Positions 1-10,003 of a stretch of DNA of 55,612 bases are shown one piece after another. Source of the DNA: Bacteroidia bacterium (GTDB lineage Bacteria; Bacteroidota; Bacteroidia; UBA4408); the NCBI GenBank assembly GCA_044374175.1, contig JBILPB010000004.1, positions 1-55,612 of the forward strand. Direction: 5' to 3'. The notes under the pieces were generated by a model. It made no database searches. It saw nothing but the letters and a program-made list of their open reading frames with translations, and had not been told where the DNA came from. The position numbers and the translations under genes are program-made. Within the stretch, counting starts at the first letter, position 1, and every line of letters begins with the position of its first letter.

Positions 1-316
1 TTGTTCCTATCCAAATATTACCATCTCTATCTTCTAATAAACAGGTAATATAATTAGATGAAATGCTATTTCTGTTGAGTGGCTCGTGTTTAAAAATTAC
101 AAATTCATATCCATCGTACATGTTTAGCCCATCGCTTGTGCCAAGCCACACAAAACCAAAGCGGTCTTGAATAATGGTAAACACAGAACTTTGCGAAAGC
201 CCTTTATCAATACTTACTTGCTTAAATGTAAGAGCATTGTCAACTGTAATATTTCCGGCTAAAGAAATAGCACAATTGAATAAACATATCCATAAAAAAG
301 CACTTATCTTTTTCAA
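1..316 (-). CDS. Two-component regulator propeller (Reg_prop) sensor protein, 5' part only; runs off the window
   Basis: Manual translation from TTG at 316: MKKISAFLWICLFNCAISLAG...DKGLSQSSVFTIIQDRFGFVWLGTSDGLNMYDG...SISSNYITCLLEDRDGNIWIGT. Signal peptide plus typical propeller blades. Not in the ORF track. Confidence 0.85.
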   Translation of the reverse strand, partial: MKKISAFLWICLFNCAISLAGNITVDNALTFKQVSIDKGLSQSSVFTIIQDRFGFVWLGTSDGLNMYDGYEFVIFKHEPLNRNSISSNYITCLLEDRDGNIWIGT

Positions 317-355
317 CTTAGCAGGTTTATAATATTCAAATGTAAAAAAGAATTG

Positions 356-1405
356 TTATAGTCTAGTAATATTAACCTCTGGATGAATATCTTTTCCTTT
401 GAAAAGATGTTCAAAAAGTTGTTTTGCAAAGTAAGGGGCTAATAAAACAGCCTTTGTGCCCATGCCGTTAAGCAAAGCTAATTGCGGCAGTTTTGGGTGT
501 TTTCCTAAAATAGGTCTTCTGTCTTTTGTGCTAGGCCTTATGCCTGCCTTTTGATCAATAATTGTATAGGATGTTTGTATTAATTTTTCGAGTTTTTGAC
601 ATAATTCTTCTTTGCCATTCGAGGTAATTTCTTCATCAATTTTATCCCATACGTAGGTGGCGCCAACTCTAAACAATTGATGTCCTTCGGGCAGCACAAA
701 TACGCCTTTATTCAATACACTTTCGGCTGTGAAGAGATTATCTATTTTAACAGTAAGCAATTCTCCTTTGGCAGGAACAAATGGAAGGTTGGGGAAGAAT
801 GGATTATTTTTAGCGGTATAACCTTCACAAAAAATTAGATGATTAGCCTCGTAATCCTTCCATTTAACACCATTTTCAGTCAAATGAACATCATCATATT
901 TAAAATGATTGGCTATGTAACTATGCTTTGTTTTTAAATAATTAGCCCAAGTTTCGATCAATAACTTAACATTTACATTGCCAGCATTATTTACAAAAGC
1001 TAAGCCATGATGAGGTTTTATGCAGCCATCAAAATCTTGTTCGCTAATTTCTTTTCCAAGATATTGATTGAAATTTTGATCTTCGCTTTTCTTTAGCCAT
1101 TGGGCTTTTTCCTCTTCATTTACAAACACTTTAACTATTTTTCTTTTTGTATGGAAAGTTTGATTGCAGCATGATTCCATGTAATCATAACTTTCGTTAA
1201 GTACTGGCAATAGTTCATCAATCATCCAACTTTTAACCACTCTTTTAAAAACAATGGGATTGTAAAGGCCAGCCGAAACTTTAGAAGAAGTTATTTCTTT
1301 TTCCTCATCGATTACCAGCACTGTTTTGCCATTTTTTAAAAACTGGGCACTCAGTAAACTGCCGCTAATTCCTTGTCCTACAATAATTGCATCAACTTTT
1401 TCCAT
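356..1405 (-). CDS. FAD-dependent oxidoreductase (DAO/glycine oxidase-like)
   Basis: N-terminal IVGQGISG FAD-binding motif, KGE motif, AGIRP and C-terminal NGMGTK motifs. Confidence 0.85.
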   Translation of the reverse strand: MEKVDAIIVGQGISGSLLSAQFLKNGKTVLVIDEEKEITSSKVSAGLYNPIVFKRVVKSWMIDELLPVLNESYDYMESCCNQTFHTKRKIVKVFVNEEEKAQWLKKSEDQNFNQYLGKEISEQDFDGCIKPHHGLAFVNNAGNVNVKLLIETWANYLKTKHSYIANHFKYDDVHLTENGVKWKDYEANHLIFCEGYTAKNNPFFPNLPFVPAKGELLTVKIDNLFTAESVLNKGVFVLPEGHQLFRVGATYVWDKIDEEITSNGKEELCQKLEKLIQTSYTIIDQKAGIRPSTKDRRPILGKHPKLPQLALLNGMGTKAVLLAPYFAKQLFEHLFKGKDIHPEVNITRL

Positions 1406-1420
1406 CTCATTAAAAATAAA

Positions 1421-1454
1421 AAAGCTGCCTGATTAAATTAATACAGGCAGCTTT
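1421..1454 (-). terminator. Rho-independent terminator after aconitase
   Basis: AAAGCTGCCTG...CAGGCAGCTTT inverted repeat followed by a U-tract on the minus strand. Confidence 0.85.
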
Positions 1455-1473
1455 CTAATAAATTATTTACAAA

Positions 1474-3738
1474 TTATGCTACGCTAGCTCTAATAATATT
1501 TAAAGCGCCTCCAGCTTTAAACCATTCAATTTGTCCTTGATTGTAGCTGTGATTTACTTGTATTTGATCTACTGATCCATCTTTGTGATTGAGCACCATA
1601 GTTAATGCTTGCCCTTGCGTGAAAGAAGTTAAACCAATGATATCAATACTATCATCTTCTTGAATTTTGTTGTAATCTTCTTTATTGGCAAAGGTTAAAG
1701 CCAACATCCCTTGCTTTTTAAGATTTGTTTCGTGAATACGTGCAAATGATTTTACCAGCACTGCTCTTACACCTAAATGACGTGGTTCCATGGCAGCATG
1801 TTCGCGAGAGGAGCCTTCGCCATAATTTTCATCACCTACTACAATTGAACCAATGTTTTGTGCTTTATATGCTCTTTGTACAGCAGGCACAGCCGCATAT
1901 TCACTTGTTAATTGATTTTTTACATTATCGGTTTTATCATTAAATGCATTTACTGCACCAATCAACATATTATTACTGATATTATCGAGATGACCTCTGT
2001 ATTTTAACCAAGGACCAGCCATAGAAATATGATCTGTGGTGCATTTTCCCTTAGCTTTAATCAATAGTTTAAGACCACTAATGTCAACACCTTCCCAAGC
2101 TCTGAAAGGTTCAAGCAATTGCAATCTATCGCTTGTTGGCGATACTAAAACTTGCACTTTACTACCATCTTCGGCAGGCGACTGATAGCCTGCATCCTCA
2201 ACGGCAAAGCCCTTTGGAGGCATTTCCATACCTGTTGGTTCATCTAACTTTACCTTTTCGCCTTTGTCGTTGGTTAAGAAATCGGTTACAGGATTAAAAG
2301 TTAAATCGCCAGCAATGGCAAGCGCAGTAACTATTTCGGGAGATGCTACAAAAGAATGTGTATTTGGATTTCCATCGGCACGCTTGCTGAAGTTTCTATT
2401 GAAAGAGGTGATGATAGAGTTCTTTTCTTGTTTTTCGGCACCATGACGCGCCCATTGTCCTATACAAGGTCCGCATGCATTTGCCAATACCACACCGCCC
2501 ATTTTATCGAAAGTACTTAAGAAGCCATCGCGCTCTACGGTAAATCTTACCTGTTCGGAGCCTGGTGTAATGGTGAATTCTGATTTTGCTTTTAAACCTT
2601 TATCTACCGCTTGTTTAGCCAATGAAGCAGAACGTGAAATATCCTCGTAAGAAGAGTTGGTACAAGAACCAATTAAGCCCACAGATAATTGTTGAGGCCA
2701 GCCATTTTCTTTAACTGCAGCCGCAAATTTGCTTAAAGGCCATGCTAAATCTGGTGTAAAAGGACCATTGATGTGTGGTTCTAATTCAGAAAGATTGATT
2801 TCAATTACCTCATCAAAATATTGTGAAGGATTAGCATACACTTCATCATCGCCTCTTAAATGAGCTGCAACCCCATCGGCTAAATTGGCCACATCGGCTC
2901 TATCAGTACCTTTTAAGTATACACTCATTTTTTCATCATAACAGAAAATTGAAGTGGTTGCTCCAATTTCTGCACCCATATTACAAATAGTTCCTTTACC
3001 TGTGCAGCTTAATGAATCGGCACCTTCGCCAAAATATTCAACTATTTTATCGGTACCACCTTTAACGGTTAATATACCAGCTACTTTTAAGATTACATCC
3101 TTAGCAGAAGCCCATCCACTTAGCTTTCCAGTTAATTTTACACCAATTAATTTTGGAAATTTTAGTTCCCAAGGTAAGCCAGCCATTACATCACAAGCAT
3201 CGGCACCACCAACACCTATGGCAATCATACCTAAACCACCAGCATTTACCGTATGGCTATCTGTACCAATCATCATTCCACCCGGGAACGCATAATTTTC
3301 GAGTACTACTTGGTGAATAATACCAGCCCCTGGTTTCCAGAAACCAATGCCATACTTGTTAGAAACAGAAGCTAAGAAATCATATACTTCTTTATTTTTA
3401 TCATTAGCGGTAGCTAAATCGGCTACAGCACCTTCTTTTGCCTGAATTAAATGATCGCAATGCACAGTACTTGGCACAGCTACTTGCGGACGACCTGCTT
3501 GCATAAATTGCAATAAGGCCATTTGCGCTGTGGCATCCTGCATGGCTACTCTATCGGGATTAAAATCTACATAGGAGTTTCCTCTTGTAAAAGGTGCACC
3601 AGGCAAAGCTTCGGCTAGGTGCGTGTATAATATTTTTTCGGTAAGCGTTAAGGGTTTACCAGTCATTTTACGCGCTGCTTCCACTTTTGAAGGTAATGCT
3701 GCGTAAACTTTTTTAATCATTTCAATATCAAAAGCCAT
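1474..3738 (-). CDS. acnA: Aconitate hydratase (mitochondrial-type AcnA)
   Basis: [43 protein letters not shown] and [10 protein letters not shown] motifs; 754 aa. Confidence 0.97.
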   Translation of the reverse strand: MAFDIEMIKKVYAALPSKVEAARKMTGKPLTLTEKILYTHLAEALPGAPFTRGNSYVDFNPDRVAMQDATAQMALLQFMQAGRPQVAVPSTVHCDHLIQAKEGAVADLATANDKNKEVYDFLASVSNKYGIGFWKPGAGIIHQVVLENYAFPGGMMIGTDSHTVNAGGLGMIAIGVGGADACDVMAGLPWELKFPKLIGVKLTGKLSGWASAKDVILKVAGILTVKGGTDKIVEYFGEGADSLSCTGKGTICNMGAEIGATTSIFCYDEKMSVYLKGTDRADVANLADGVAAHLRGDDEVYANPSQYFDEVIEINLSELEPHINGPFTPDLAWPLSKFAAAVKENGWPQQLSVGLIGSCTNSSYEDISRSASLAKQAVDKGLKAKSEFTITPGSEQVRFTVERDGFLSTFDKMGGVVLANACGPCIGQWARHGAEKQEKNSIITSFNRNFSKRADGNPNTHSFVASPEIVTALAIAGDLTFNPVTDFLTNDKGEKVKLDEPTGMEMPPKGFAVEDAGYQSPAEDGSKVQVLVSPTSDRLQLLEPFRAWEGVDISGLKLLIKAKGKCTTDHISMAGPWLKYRGHLDNISNNMLIGAVNAFNDKTDNVKNQLTSEYAAVPAVQRAYKAQNIGSIVVGDENYGEGSSREHAAMEPRHLGVRAVLVKSFARIHETNLKKQGMLALTFANKEDYNKIQEDDSIDIIGLTSFTQGQALTMVLNHKDGSVDQIQVNHSYNQGQIEWFKAGGALNIIRASVA

Positions 3739-3780
3739 GTGTTTATTTTTGAGTGATTTATAGTTTTGTTATAAGGATTG

Positions 3781-3788
3781 CAAATTTA
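3781..3788 (-). promoter_or_regulatory. Bacteroidota -7 promoter box for acnA
   Basis: TAAATTTG matches TAnnTTTG about 45 nt upstream of the start. Confidence 0.6.
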
Positions 3789-3943
3789 TAAAAAATATGT
3801 GGAATGGTAAAGAATGTTTTGAATGTGAAAAATCTAAGCATAATATACATGCCCAAAGCCAATTCTACCAACTAATGGGATTAATAATGAAAACAGTGCG
3901 TCTATGAATTGCTCAGATTTTAAAAAATAATTTTAGGCCTATC

Positions 3944-4153
3944 TTAAAACAAGTCGGAGTGTGTGCCAGTTCTTATTAACTTAATTAACTTTATTGTTTC
4001 TTTTTGTTCCCATACTAGCAACCAATCAGGTTGAATATGGCATTCCCACAAGTTTTTATAATTACCCTTCAACAAATGAGGTTTATACTTAGATGCCAAT
4101 TTTCCATTTTCAAGCAATTGTGAAACTATTAAATCCAATAATTTCATTTTCAA
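3944..4153 (-). CDS. yafQ: YafQ/RelE-family toxin, apparently N-terminally truncated (possible pseudogene)
   Basis: KPHLLKGNYKNLWECHIQPDWLL...RTGTHSDLF. The frame stays open upstream (INNLEVAKKRGL) to the antitoxin stop, with no standard start codon. Confidence 0.8.
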   Translation of the reverse strand: MKMKLLDLIVSQLLENGKLASKYKPHLLKGNYKNLWECHIQPDWLLVWEQKETIKLIKLIRTGTHSDLF

Positions 4154-4186
4154 GCCTCTTTTTTTGGCAACTTCTAAGTTGTTTAT

Positions 4187-4411
4187 TTAAGAATACAAAA
4201 GTTTTCTAAATTCAATAATATTCATTTTTTCGGCTTTAGTTTCTTTGATAGCTTTAAGCGTTGTGGAATTAGGTGTTTTTGTTTTTTTTACTTCTACACT
4301 TTTCTCTATAAGAATGCCTAATTCTTTCGCTAATTCCTCTATTAGGTTTAATTTTTTTTTAGATGTTGTTTTTAATGTAAGTGTTGTCATTCTGAAAGTG
4401 TATTGTAACAC
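4187..4411 (-). CDS. Putative antitoxin (DinJ-like C-terminus)
   Basis: Small ORF directly upstream of the toxin, with PNSTTLKAIKE resembling the DinJ/RelB PNxxTxxAIxE motif. True start is probably MTTLTL. Confidence 0.65.
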   Translation of the reverse strand: MLQYTFRMTTLTLKTTSKKKLNLIEELAKELGILIEKSVEVKKTKTPNSTTLKAIKETKAEKMNIIEFRKLLYS

Positions 4412-4492
4412 AAAAATAACTATTTTTTTACCTACAATGAATTTCTATTTTACATTGATGTTAATTAAATATCCTATACAAAGCTGTTAAAC

Positions 4493-5521
4493 TTAGAATA
4501 CACTCATCTCCCCACGCAAGTTAATTTGCAGGTATTTTTCAATTTCATTTTTATCTGTTAGATTACCAAATAAGTACATCAATTTTGTGATGGCAGCTTC
4601 AAAAGTGATATCATTGCCGCCAATTACTCCTGCTTTTAATAAACCTTTACTCGTGGCGTAGCGCCCTTGATTTACGGCTCCCTGGTTACATTGGGTAACA
4701 TTAAGGATGGTTAAATTTCTGGTTTTAATGGCTTCTTCAATTTCGTGAATAAACCAATCTTGTGTGGGTCCATTGCCTGAGCCAAAGGTTTCGATGATTA
4801 AAGCTTTTAACCCTTTGCTTTGCAACACACTTTGAACCACTGCAGGTGTAATGCCTGGGAAAAGTTTAAGTACACCAATATTTCCATCCATGTTTAGCCT
4901 TACATTTAGATCGGCAGCAGGTTTTGGAAATAAAGCTGATTGATTGTATTCTATTTTGATACCCGCCTCGGCCAACATAGGGTAATTTGGCGATTTAAAG
5001 GCATCGAAATGTTCGGCATTGTACTTATGCGTTCTGTTACCACGGTATAATTTGTATTCGAAATAAATGGCCACTTCATTGATTACAGGAAGGTTGTTGT
5101 GTTTAGCACCAGCAATTTCAATGGCGGTGATGAGATTTTCTTTACCATCAGTTCTTATCATTCCTATTGGCAGCTGTGAACCTGTGAGAATAACAGGCTT
5201 GGCTAAATTTTCGAGCATAAAGCTTAGTGCCGAAGCAGTGTAGGCCATGGTATCGGTGCCATGCAGAATAACAAAACCATCATACGCATTGTAATTATCT
5301 TGTATAATGGTGGCCATTTTTTTCCAAGCTTCGATGGTCATATCTGACGAATCGATTGGTTTTTCAAAAGAATTGACCGATAATTCTAAATCGAATTTTT
5401 CGAGTTCGGGCACTTGTTTATATAAGTGCTCAAAATCGAATGGCACTAAGGTATTGGTGCGAATATCCATGACCATGCCAATGGTACCGCCTGTGTATAT
5501 GATTAGTATTTTTGTTTTCAC
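4493..5521 (-). CDS. ansA: L-asparaginase type I
   Basis: YTGGTIGM, HGTDTMAY and TGSQLP motifs; no signal peptide. Confidence 0.95.
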   Translation of the reverse strand: MKTKILIIYTGGTIGMVMDIRTNTLVPFDFEHLYKQVPELEKFDLELSVNSFEKPIDSSDMTIEAWKKMATIIQDNYNAYDGFVILHGTDTMAYTASALSFMLENLAKPVILTGSQLPIGMIRTDGKENLITAIEIAGAKHNNLPVINEVAIYFEYKLYRGNRTHKYNAEHFDAFKSPNYPMLAEAGIKIEYNQSALFPKPAADLNVRLNMDGNIGVLKLFPGITPAVVQSVLQSKGLKALIIETFGSGNGPTQDWFIHEIEEAIKTRNLTILNVTQCNQGAVNQGRYATSKGLLKAGVIGGNDITFEAAITKLMYLFGNLTDKNEIEKYLQINLRGEMSVF

Positions 5522-6306
5522 ACACCAAATATATGAATAGAATTTTGAGTAGTAATTTCTGCCACCTCAAATAAACTACATTCTTTTAATTCGGCTAATT
5601 TTTCGGCTATATAACGCAAATAAGCGCTTTCATTTCTTTTGCCTCGCATAGGCACTGGCGCAAGGTAAGGTGCATCGGTTTCGAGTACCAAATGTTTTAA
5701 ATCAATATCTTCGATGGCCTTATCTAATCCTGAATTTTTGTAGGTTAACACACCGCCAATGCCTAGATAGAATCCGTATGCGATGAGCTTTTTTGCATCT
5801 TCGTTATTTCCTGAAAAACAATGAAAAATACCTTTGAAGGGCTTGTCTTTATAAGAAGTTGTTTCTTTTAATTCTTCAAGGAGCTCAATAATTTCTTGCA
5901 TGGCATTTCTGCAATGAATGGCGATGGGTAAATTACGCTCTAATGCCCATATAAATTGTGTTTTGAACGCTAATTTTTGTTGCTCGAAAAAAGTTTTATC
6001 CCAATATAAATCGATGCCAATTTCGCCAATGGCTACAAATTTTTGCACCTGTAAAGCTTGTTCAATAGATTGTAGTTGCTCCTGCACATTTTCCTTTACC
6101 GAACATGGATGCAATCCCATCATACCAAAGCAATTATCGGGATAATCTTTCATCAACTGCAACATAGGAATGATACTTTCTTCATCTACATTAGGTAAGA
6201 AAAAACGTTTTACGCCCAATTGCATTGCACGTTTAATCATTTCATTTCTATCTGCATCAAACTCGCTGGAGTAAAGGTGCGCGTGCGTATCTGTAAGTGT
6301 TATCAA
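5518..6306 (-). CDS. tatD: TatD family hydrolase/DNase
   Basis: DTHAHL, GEIGID, IHCR, FHCFSG and LETDAPYL motifs; 4-nt overlap with ansA. Confidence 0.95.
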   Translation of the reverse strand: MITLTDTHAHLYSSEFDADRNEMIKRAMQLGVKRFFLPNVDEESIIPMLQLMKDYPDNCFGMMGLHPCSVKENVQEQLQSIEQALQVQKFVAIGEIGIDLYWDKTFFEQQKLAFKTQFIWALERNLPIAIHCRNAMQEIIELLEELKETTSYKDKPFKGIFHCFSGNNEDAKKLIAYGFYLGIGGVLTYKNSGLDKAIEDIDLKHLVLETDAPYLAPVPMRGKRNESAYLRYIAEKLAELKECSLFEVAEITTQNSIHIFGV

Positions 6307-6322
6307 GTAAAAGTATTTTGTG

Positions 6323-6330
6323 CAAAAGTA
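6323..6330 (-). promoter_or_regulatory. -7 promoter box for tatD-ansA
   Basis: TACTTTTG on the minus strand just upstream of tatD. Confidence 0.55.
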
Positions 6331-6386
6331 GAAAAATTATAGAGATTGAAGTTTCTGCAAAAATTATAGTTTAATAGCTAGAAAAA

Positions 6387-6433
6387 TTTATACTAAAGGA
6401 GTATTTGAAACACTTTACTATTTAATATTTTTG
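6387..6433 (+). promoter_or_regulatory. Putative operator (copy 1) plus promoter of the 1113-aa T9SS gene
   Basis: TTTATACTAAAGGAGTATTT (6387-6406, core palindrome ATACT-N5-AGTAT), identical to 9890-9909. Overlaps TTTG (-33-like, 6404-6407); TATTTTTG -7 box at 6426-6433. Confidence 0.75.
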
Positions 6434-6465
6434 TTGAAATTTTTCTTCAAAATTTACTTGAAATT

Positions 6466-9400
6466 TTGAAGAAAAACACCAAGCTGAAAAAGTTAATTAA
6501 TCCTACAAATAATATTAGTATGCACTCCATTAAAAAAAGTATCAGAATAATTTTATTAGCTATACTTATAATAATTAAGTTCCATTCAGTAAAAGCAACA
6601 AATTACACGGTAACATCAGCATTAGATGCTGGTGCTGGTTCTTTAAGAAGTGCAATTATTTCAGCTAATGCAGATCTTAGTGTTCCACATACTATTCAGT
6701 TTAACTTATCTGCTGGAACTACCATAATTTTATCATCAGTTTTACCTACATTATCTAAAACAACAAAAATAGATGGAACCACAGCATTGGGTTATGTTAA
6801 TAATGTTCCAGGAGTGATTATTGACTGTGGTGGTGCTTCATATGGCATAGGTGTGATTGATGCACCAAATTGTGAGATTTATGGTTTGCAAATTATTAAT
6901 GCTGATAATGGAATTTATATTACAGGAGATAATGCAGATGGCTTTATAATTGGCGGAATTAATAAACGAAATGTAATAAATAGTTGTAATCAGTATCAAT
7001 TATATATTGAGAGTGCCGACAATGGCTTGATTCAGAATAACTATATTGGATGTGATGTAACAGGAAGTAATGGTTTTGCTGCAACAGGCAATGGATTAAC
7101 ATTTATAAGCGGTGCTGATAATAATTTGATTGGAGGAACACAAACAGGAACAGGCAACTTAATTGCCGGTGGAACAAGTGCAGCGGTGCGTATTGGCTCT
7201 TATTTCGGACAAGCTAATTTGGGAAGTTCAGGAAATATCTTTTATGGTAATCAAATTGGAGGTACAGGTACCTTAGCCTGGTATGGCTGGGCTTTTTGGA
7301 TAGACGGCAATTCAGACAACAACATCATTGGCGGGGTTTTGCCTGGTGAAGCAAATAATTTGCAAAATGCAACAAACGGAAATATGGGTAATGGGTATGG
7401 CAATCTGGTTATTGCCGTTAATGAGTTAGAGGCTGAAGGAAATCAAATAAGAGGTAATAACATGGATTGCGCCTTTGGTAATGGCATCATGCTTGTTCCT
7501 AGCAGTAATGGAGGTAACAACAATTTACCTGAACCGGTCATTACTGGAATCAATGCGAACATTTTAAGTGGAACCGCTATACCAGGAACTATCATTGATA
7601 TTTATGAAGGAAGTCTTTGCAATAGTGTTTATGGCAACTGTAAGGGATCAAACTATATTACTTCCACCACAACAGACGGAATTGGTATATGGGCAGTAGA
7701 TCTCACTGCTTTTGCCTCTTACAATGGAGTAAATGTTGTTGTTACTGCAACTACTCCTGCAGAAGGGACAAGCAGTTTTTCTTCATGCTTTGGGCCATTG
7801 GTAATTACTCCTCCTGTGAATATTTCATGCGATCCAACCGGAAATTTAGTTTTGTTTACTAACTATGATGGGGGAGAATTGAATATAAATGTTGATGTAA
7901 ACATTCCTAATTTAAAAATTGGGATTTGCAGTTTTGAACCTGTTACTGTAAATATTACAGGAGCATTCAGCAGCAACGTTACGCAGGTGTTGTACGCAGG
8001 TTTTAATCCTACACAAGGAAATAATAATTGTGGTTTTGGTATAGTAAATACCATTATTAATGGAGTTCCTGCCTCAAATTATAGTATTGAAACTAGTCCT
8101 CCCACAGCAATTAGTAGTCCAAACGGATACAACGCGGGTATAATTTGTGCGTATAGCTGTGATATGAGCGCATGGCAGGGAGGATGTAATACTATTGATC
8201 AGATCATGGATTATTTTACCACTCAACTTGGCGGCACCTTATTCTCACTGAATGCGCAATACTGCTGCTGGCAGCCTTCAAATATTTATTCTGTATCATC
8301 TTTGAGTGGCTCTTGCTGTCTTAGTACATCAACCAATACCGTAATTTCCTATAGCGGCTCTCCCTATTGTACTGGCATTTCAACTCCACAAAATGTTACC
8401 ATCACAGGTTCCACCCTTGGGACATTTTCGGCCATCCCTGCTGGTTTAAATATAGATCCTATTACAGGTTCAATTACACCTTTAGGAAGTGCAGCTGGCA
8501 CCTATCAAGTAACTTTTACCAGCCCTGGTTGTCCTGACTTTACAACATCTGCCACAGTGGTTATCGATAACGGACCAAGTGTTGGTATTAGTTATCCGGG
8601 CACTCAATTTTGTCAGTCGGGAACAAATCCAACAGCCACTATTACAGGGCTTACCGGAGGAACCTTTAGCTCCTTTCCTGCCGGTTTGATTGTTCAGAGT
8701 TCAACAGGTGAAATTAACTTAGTAGCCTCCAATCCGGGCAATTATTCAGTAGTGTATGCCACTCTAGGGAATTGTCCTACAGCAGATACAGTTAACATTA
8801 CGATCATACCTGAAATAAATGCAACTTTTACCTATAGCGACACACTATTTTGTGCGAATGAGGCAGATCCTACAGCATTGCTTAGTTCTGGAGCCACTTA
8901 TGGTTTGTTTACTGCAAGCCCAAACACATTGGTCTTTTCAAATACAAGTGATGGCACCATTGACTTATCTGCCACTGCGGCAGGTTCATACATTGTGATA
9001 AATACAGTGAATGGTTCAAATGGTTGTGCAGCAAGTATAGCCAACTACACCATTAACATTGTTGAAGCGCCTACTGCAAGTTTCAACTATGCGGCCGGAC
9101 CATACTGCGAGGGCGCGCCACAAGTAATTAATGCCAATTTTAGCGGAAGTACGGGTGGCCAATTTTCGGCTGTTCCTGCAGGGTTAAGTATTAATCAAAC
9201 TAATGGAAGCATTAATATTAATTTAAGTAACGCGGGCAATTATACCGTTACCTACAGTATTGCAAATGCAGGTAATTGCGGACCACTTTCAACTTCTACA
9301 AGCTTTCAAATAGCTGCAGCACCTAATGTTCAGCTAACTCCAAGTGTAACCATTGAAGATGGTAATAGTGTCGCGCTAATAGCTAGTGGCGGTGGTTTAT

Positions 9401-9807
9401 ATACATGGAGCACAGGGCAAATAGGAGACTCAATTATTGTTTCACCCGACAGCTCGTCACGCTATTGTGTGAGCGCCAACTTAAATGGATGTGTTGATAC
9501 CGCTTGCACGATGGTATATGTTGAAAGCGCCTGTGGAGAATTGTTTATTCCAAATAGTTTCTCTCCGAATAATGACGCTAATAATGATTTTCAATGTGTG
9601 CTCGGCAATTGTATTGAATCGATGAGTTTTTATATTTACAATCGTTGGGGTGAGCTTATTTTTGAGAGTACAAGCCAATCGATATGTTGGGATGGTACCT
9701 ATAAAGGAAAAGAATGTAATTCCGGTGTTTATTTTTATACCTTCGAAGGGAGAACTATCAAAAGAGAGCAGATTTTCAGGAAGGGAAATATTAATTTATT
9801 CAGGTAA
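6466..9807 (+). CDS. T9SS type-B CTD (gliding motility-associated C-terminal domain) surface protein / putative adhesin
   Basis: Signal peptide (likely start ATG 6520), CSLREA-like GSLRSAI motif, beta-helix-like head, four ~80-aa stalk repeats, C-terminal FIPNSFSPNNDANND...IYNRWG...WDGTYKG...GNINLFR. Confidence 0.88.
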   Translation: MKKNTKLKKLINPTNNISMHSIKKSIRIILLAILIIIKFHSVKATNYTVTSALDAGAGSLRSAIISANADLSVPHTIQFNLSAGTTIILSSVLPTLSKTTKIDGTTALGYVNNVPGVIIDCGGASYGIGVIDAPNCEIYGLQIINADNGIYITGDNADGFIIGGINKRNVINSCNQYQLYIESADNGLIQNNYIGCDVTGSNGFAATGNGLTFISGADNNLIGGTQTGTGNLIAGGTSAAVRIGSYFGQANLGSSGNIFYGNQIGGTGTLAWYGWAFWIDGNSDNNIIGGVLPGEANNLQNATNGNMGNGYGNLVIAVNELEAEGNQIRGNNMDCAFGNGIMLVPSSNGGNNNLPEPVITGINANILSGTAIPGTIIDIYEGSLCNSVYGNCKGSNYITSTTTDGIGIWAVDLTAFASYNGVNVVVTATTPAEGTSSFSSCFGPLVITPPVNISCDPTGNLVLFTNYDGGELNINVDVNIPNLKIGICSFEPVTVNITGAFSSNVTQVLYAGFNPTQGNNNCGFGIVNTIINGVPASNYSIETSPPTAISSPNGYNAGIICAYSCDMSAWQGGCNTIDQIMDYFTTQLGGTLFSLNAQYCCWQPSNIYSVSSLSGSCCLSTSTNTVISYSGSPYCTGISTPQNVTITGSTLGTFSAIPAGLNIDPITGSITPLGSAAGTYQVTFTSPGCPDFTTSATVVIDNGPSVGISYPGTQFCQSGTNPTATITGLTGGTFSSFPAGLIVQSSTGEINLVASNPGNYSVVYATLGNCPTADTVNITIIPEINATFTYSDTLFCANEADPTALLSSGATYGLFTASPNTLVFSNTSDGTIDLSATAAGSYIVINTVNGSNGCAASIANYTINIVEAPTASFNYAAGPYCEGAPQVINANFSGSTGGQFSAVPAGLSINQTNGSININLSNAGNYTVTYSIANAGNCGPLSTSTSFQIAAAPNVQLTPSVTIEDGNSVALIASGGGLYTWSTGQIGDSIIVSPDSSSRYCVSANLNGCVDTACTMVYVESACGELFIPNSFSPNNDANNDFQCVLGNCIESMSFYIYNRWGELIFESTSQSICWDGTYKGKECNSGVYFYTFEGRTIKREQIFRKGNINLFR
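8341..9320 (+). repeat. Four degenerate ~80-85 aa Ig/PKD-like repeats in the 1113-aa protein
   Basis: Units start ISYSGSPYC / ISYPGTQFC / FTYSDTLFC / FNYAAGPYC, with a recurring FS..PAGL.I...TG.I....S.AG.Y.V pattern. Confidence 0.75.
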
Positions 9808-9889
9808 TACTATACAATTTTTTGTGCTCATAAATTGGGCACGAAAATTAATTATAGTTGGAATAACTTTCAATTTAAGGTTACTATTT

Positions 9890-9937
9890 TTTATACTAAA
9901 GGAGTATTTCCAAATCCTTTGATATTGAATATTTTGG
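9890..9937 (+). promoter_or_regulatory. Putative operator (copy 2) plus promoter of the 3155-aa T9SS gene
   Basis: TTTATACTAAAGGAGTATTT at 9890-9909. Near-consensus -7 box TATTTTGG at 9930-9937, spaced within 1 nt of copy 1. Confidence 0.75.
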
Positions 9938-10003
9938 CTGCGGCATAAAATACAATGCTTCGTTAAAAAATAATTAAATAACCTTTAAATAACTATCACA
10001 ACA

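Noticed and set aside
6396-6401. AAGGAG within the shared box as a Shine-Dalgarno site
   Set aside because: It lies 65-100+ nt from the start codons, and Bacteroidota largely lack SD-led initiation; an operator fits better
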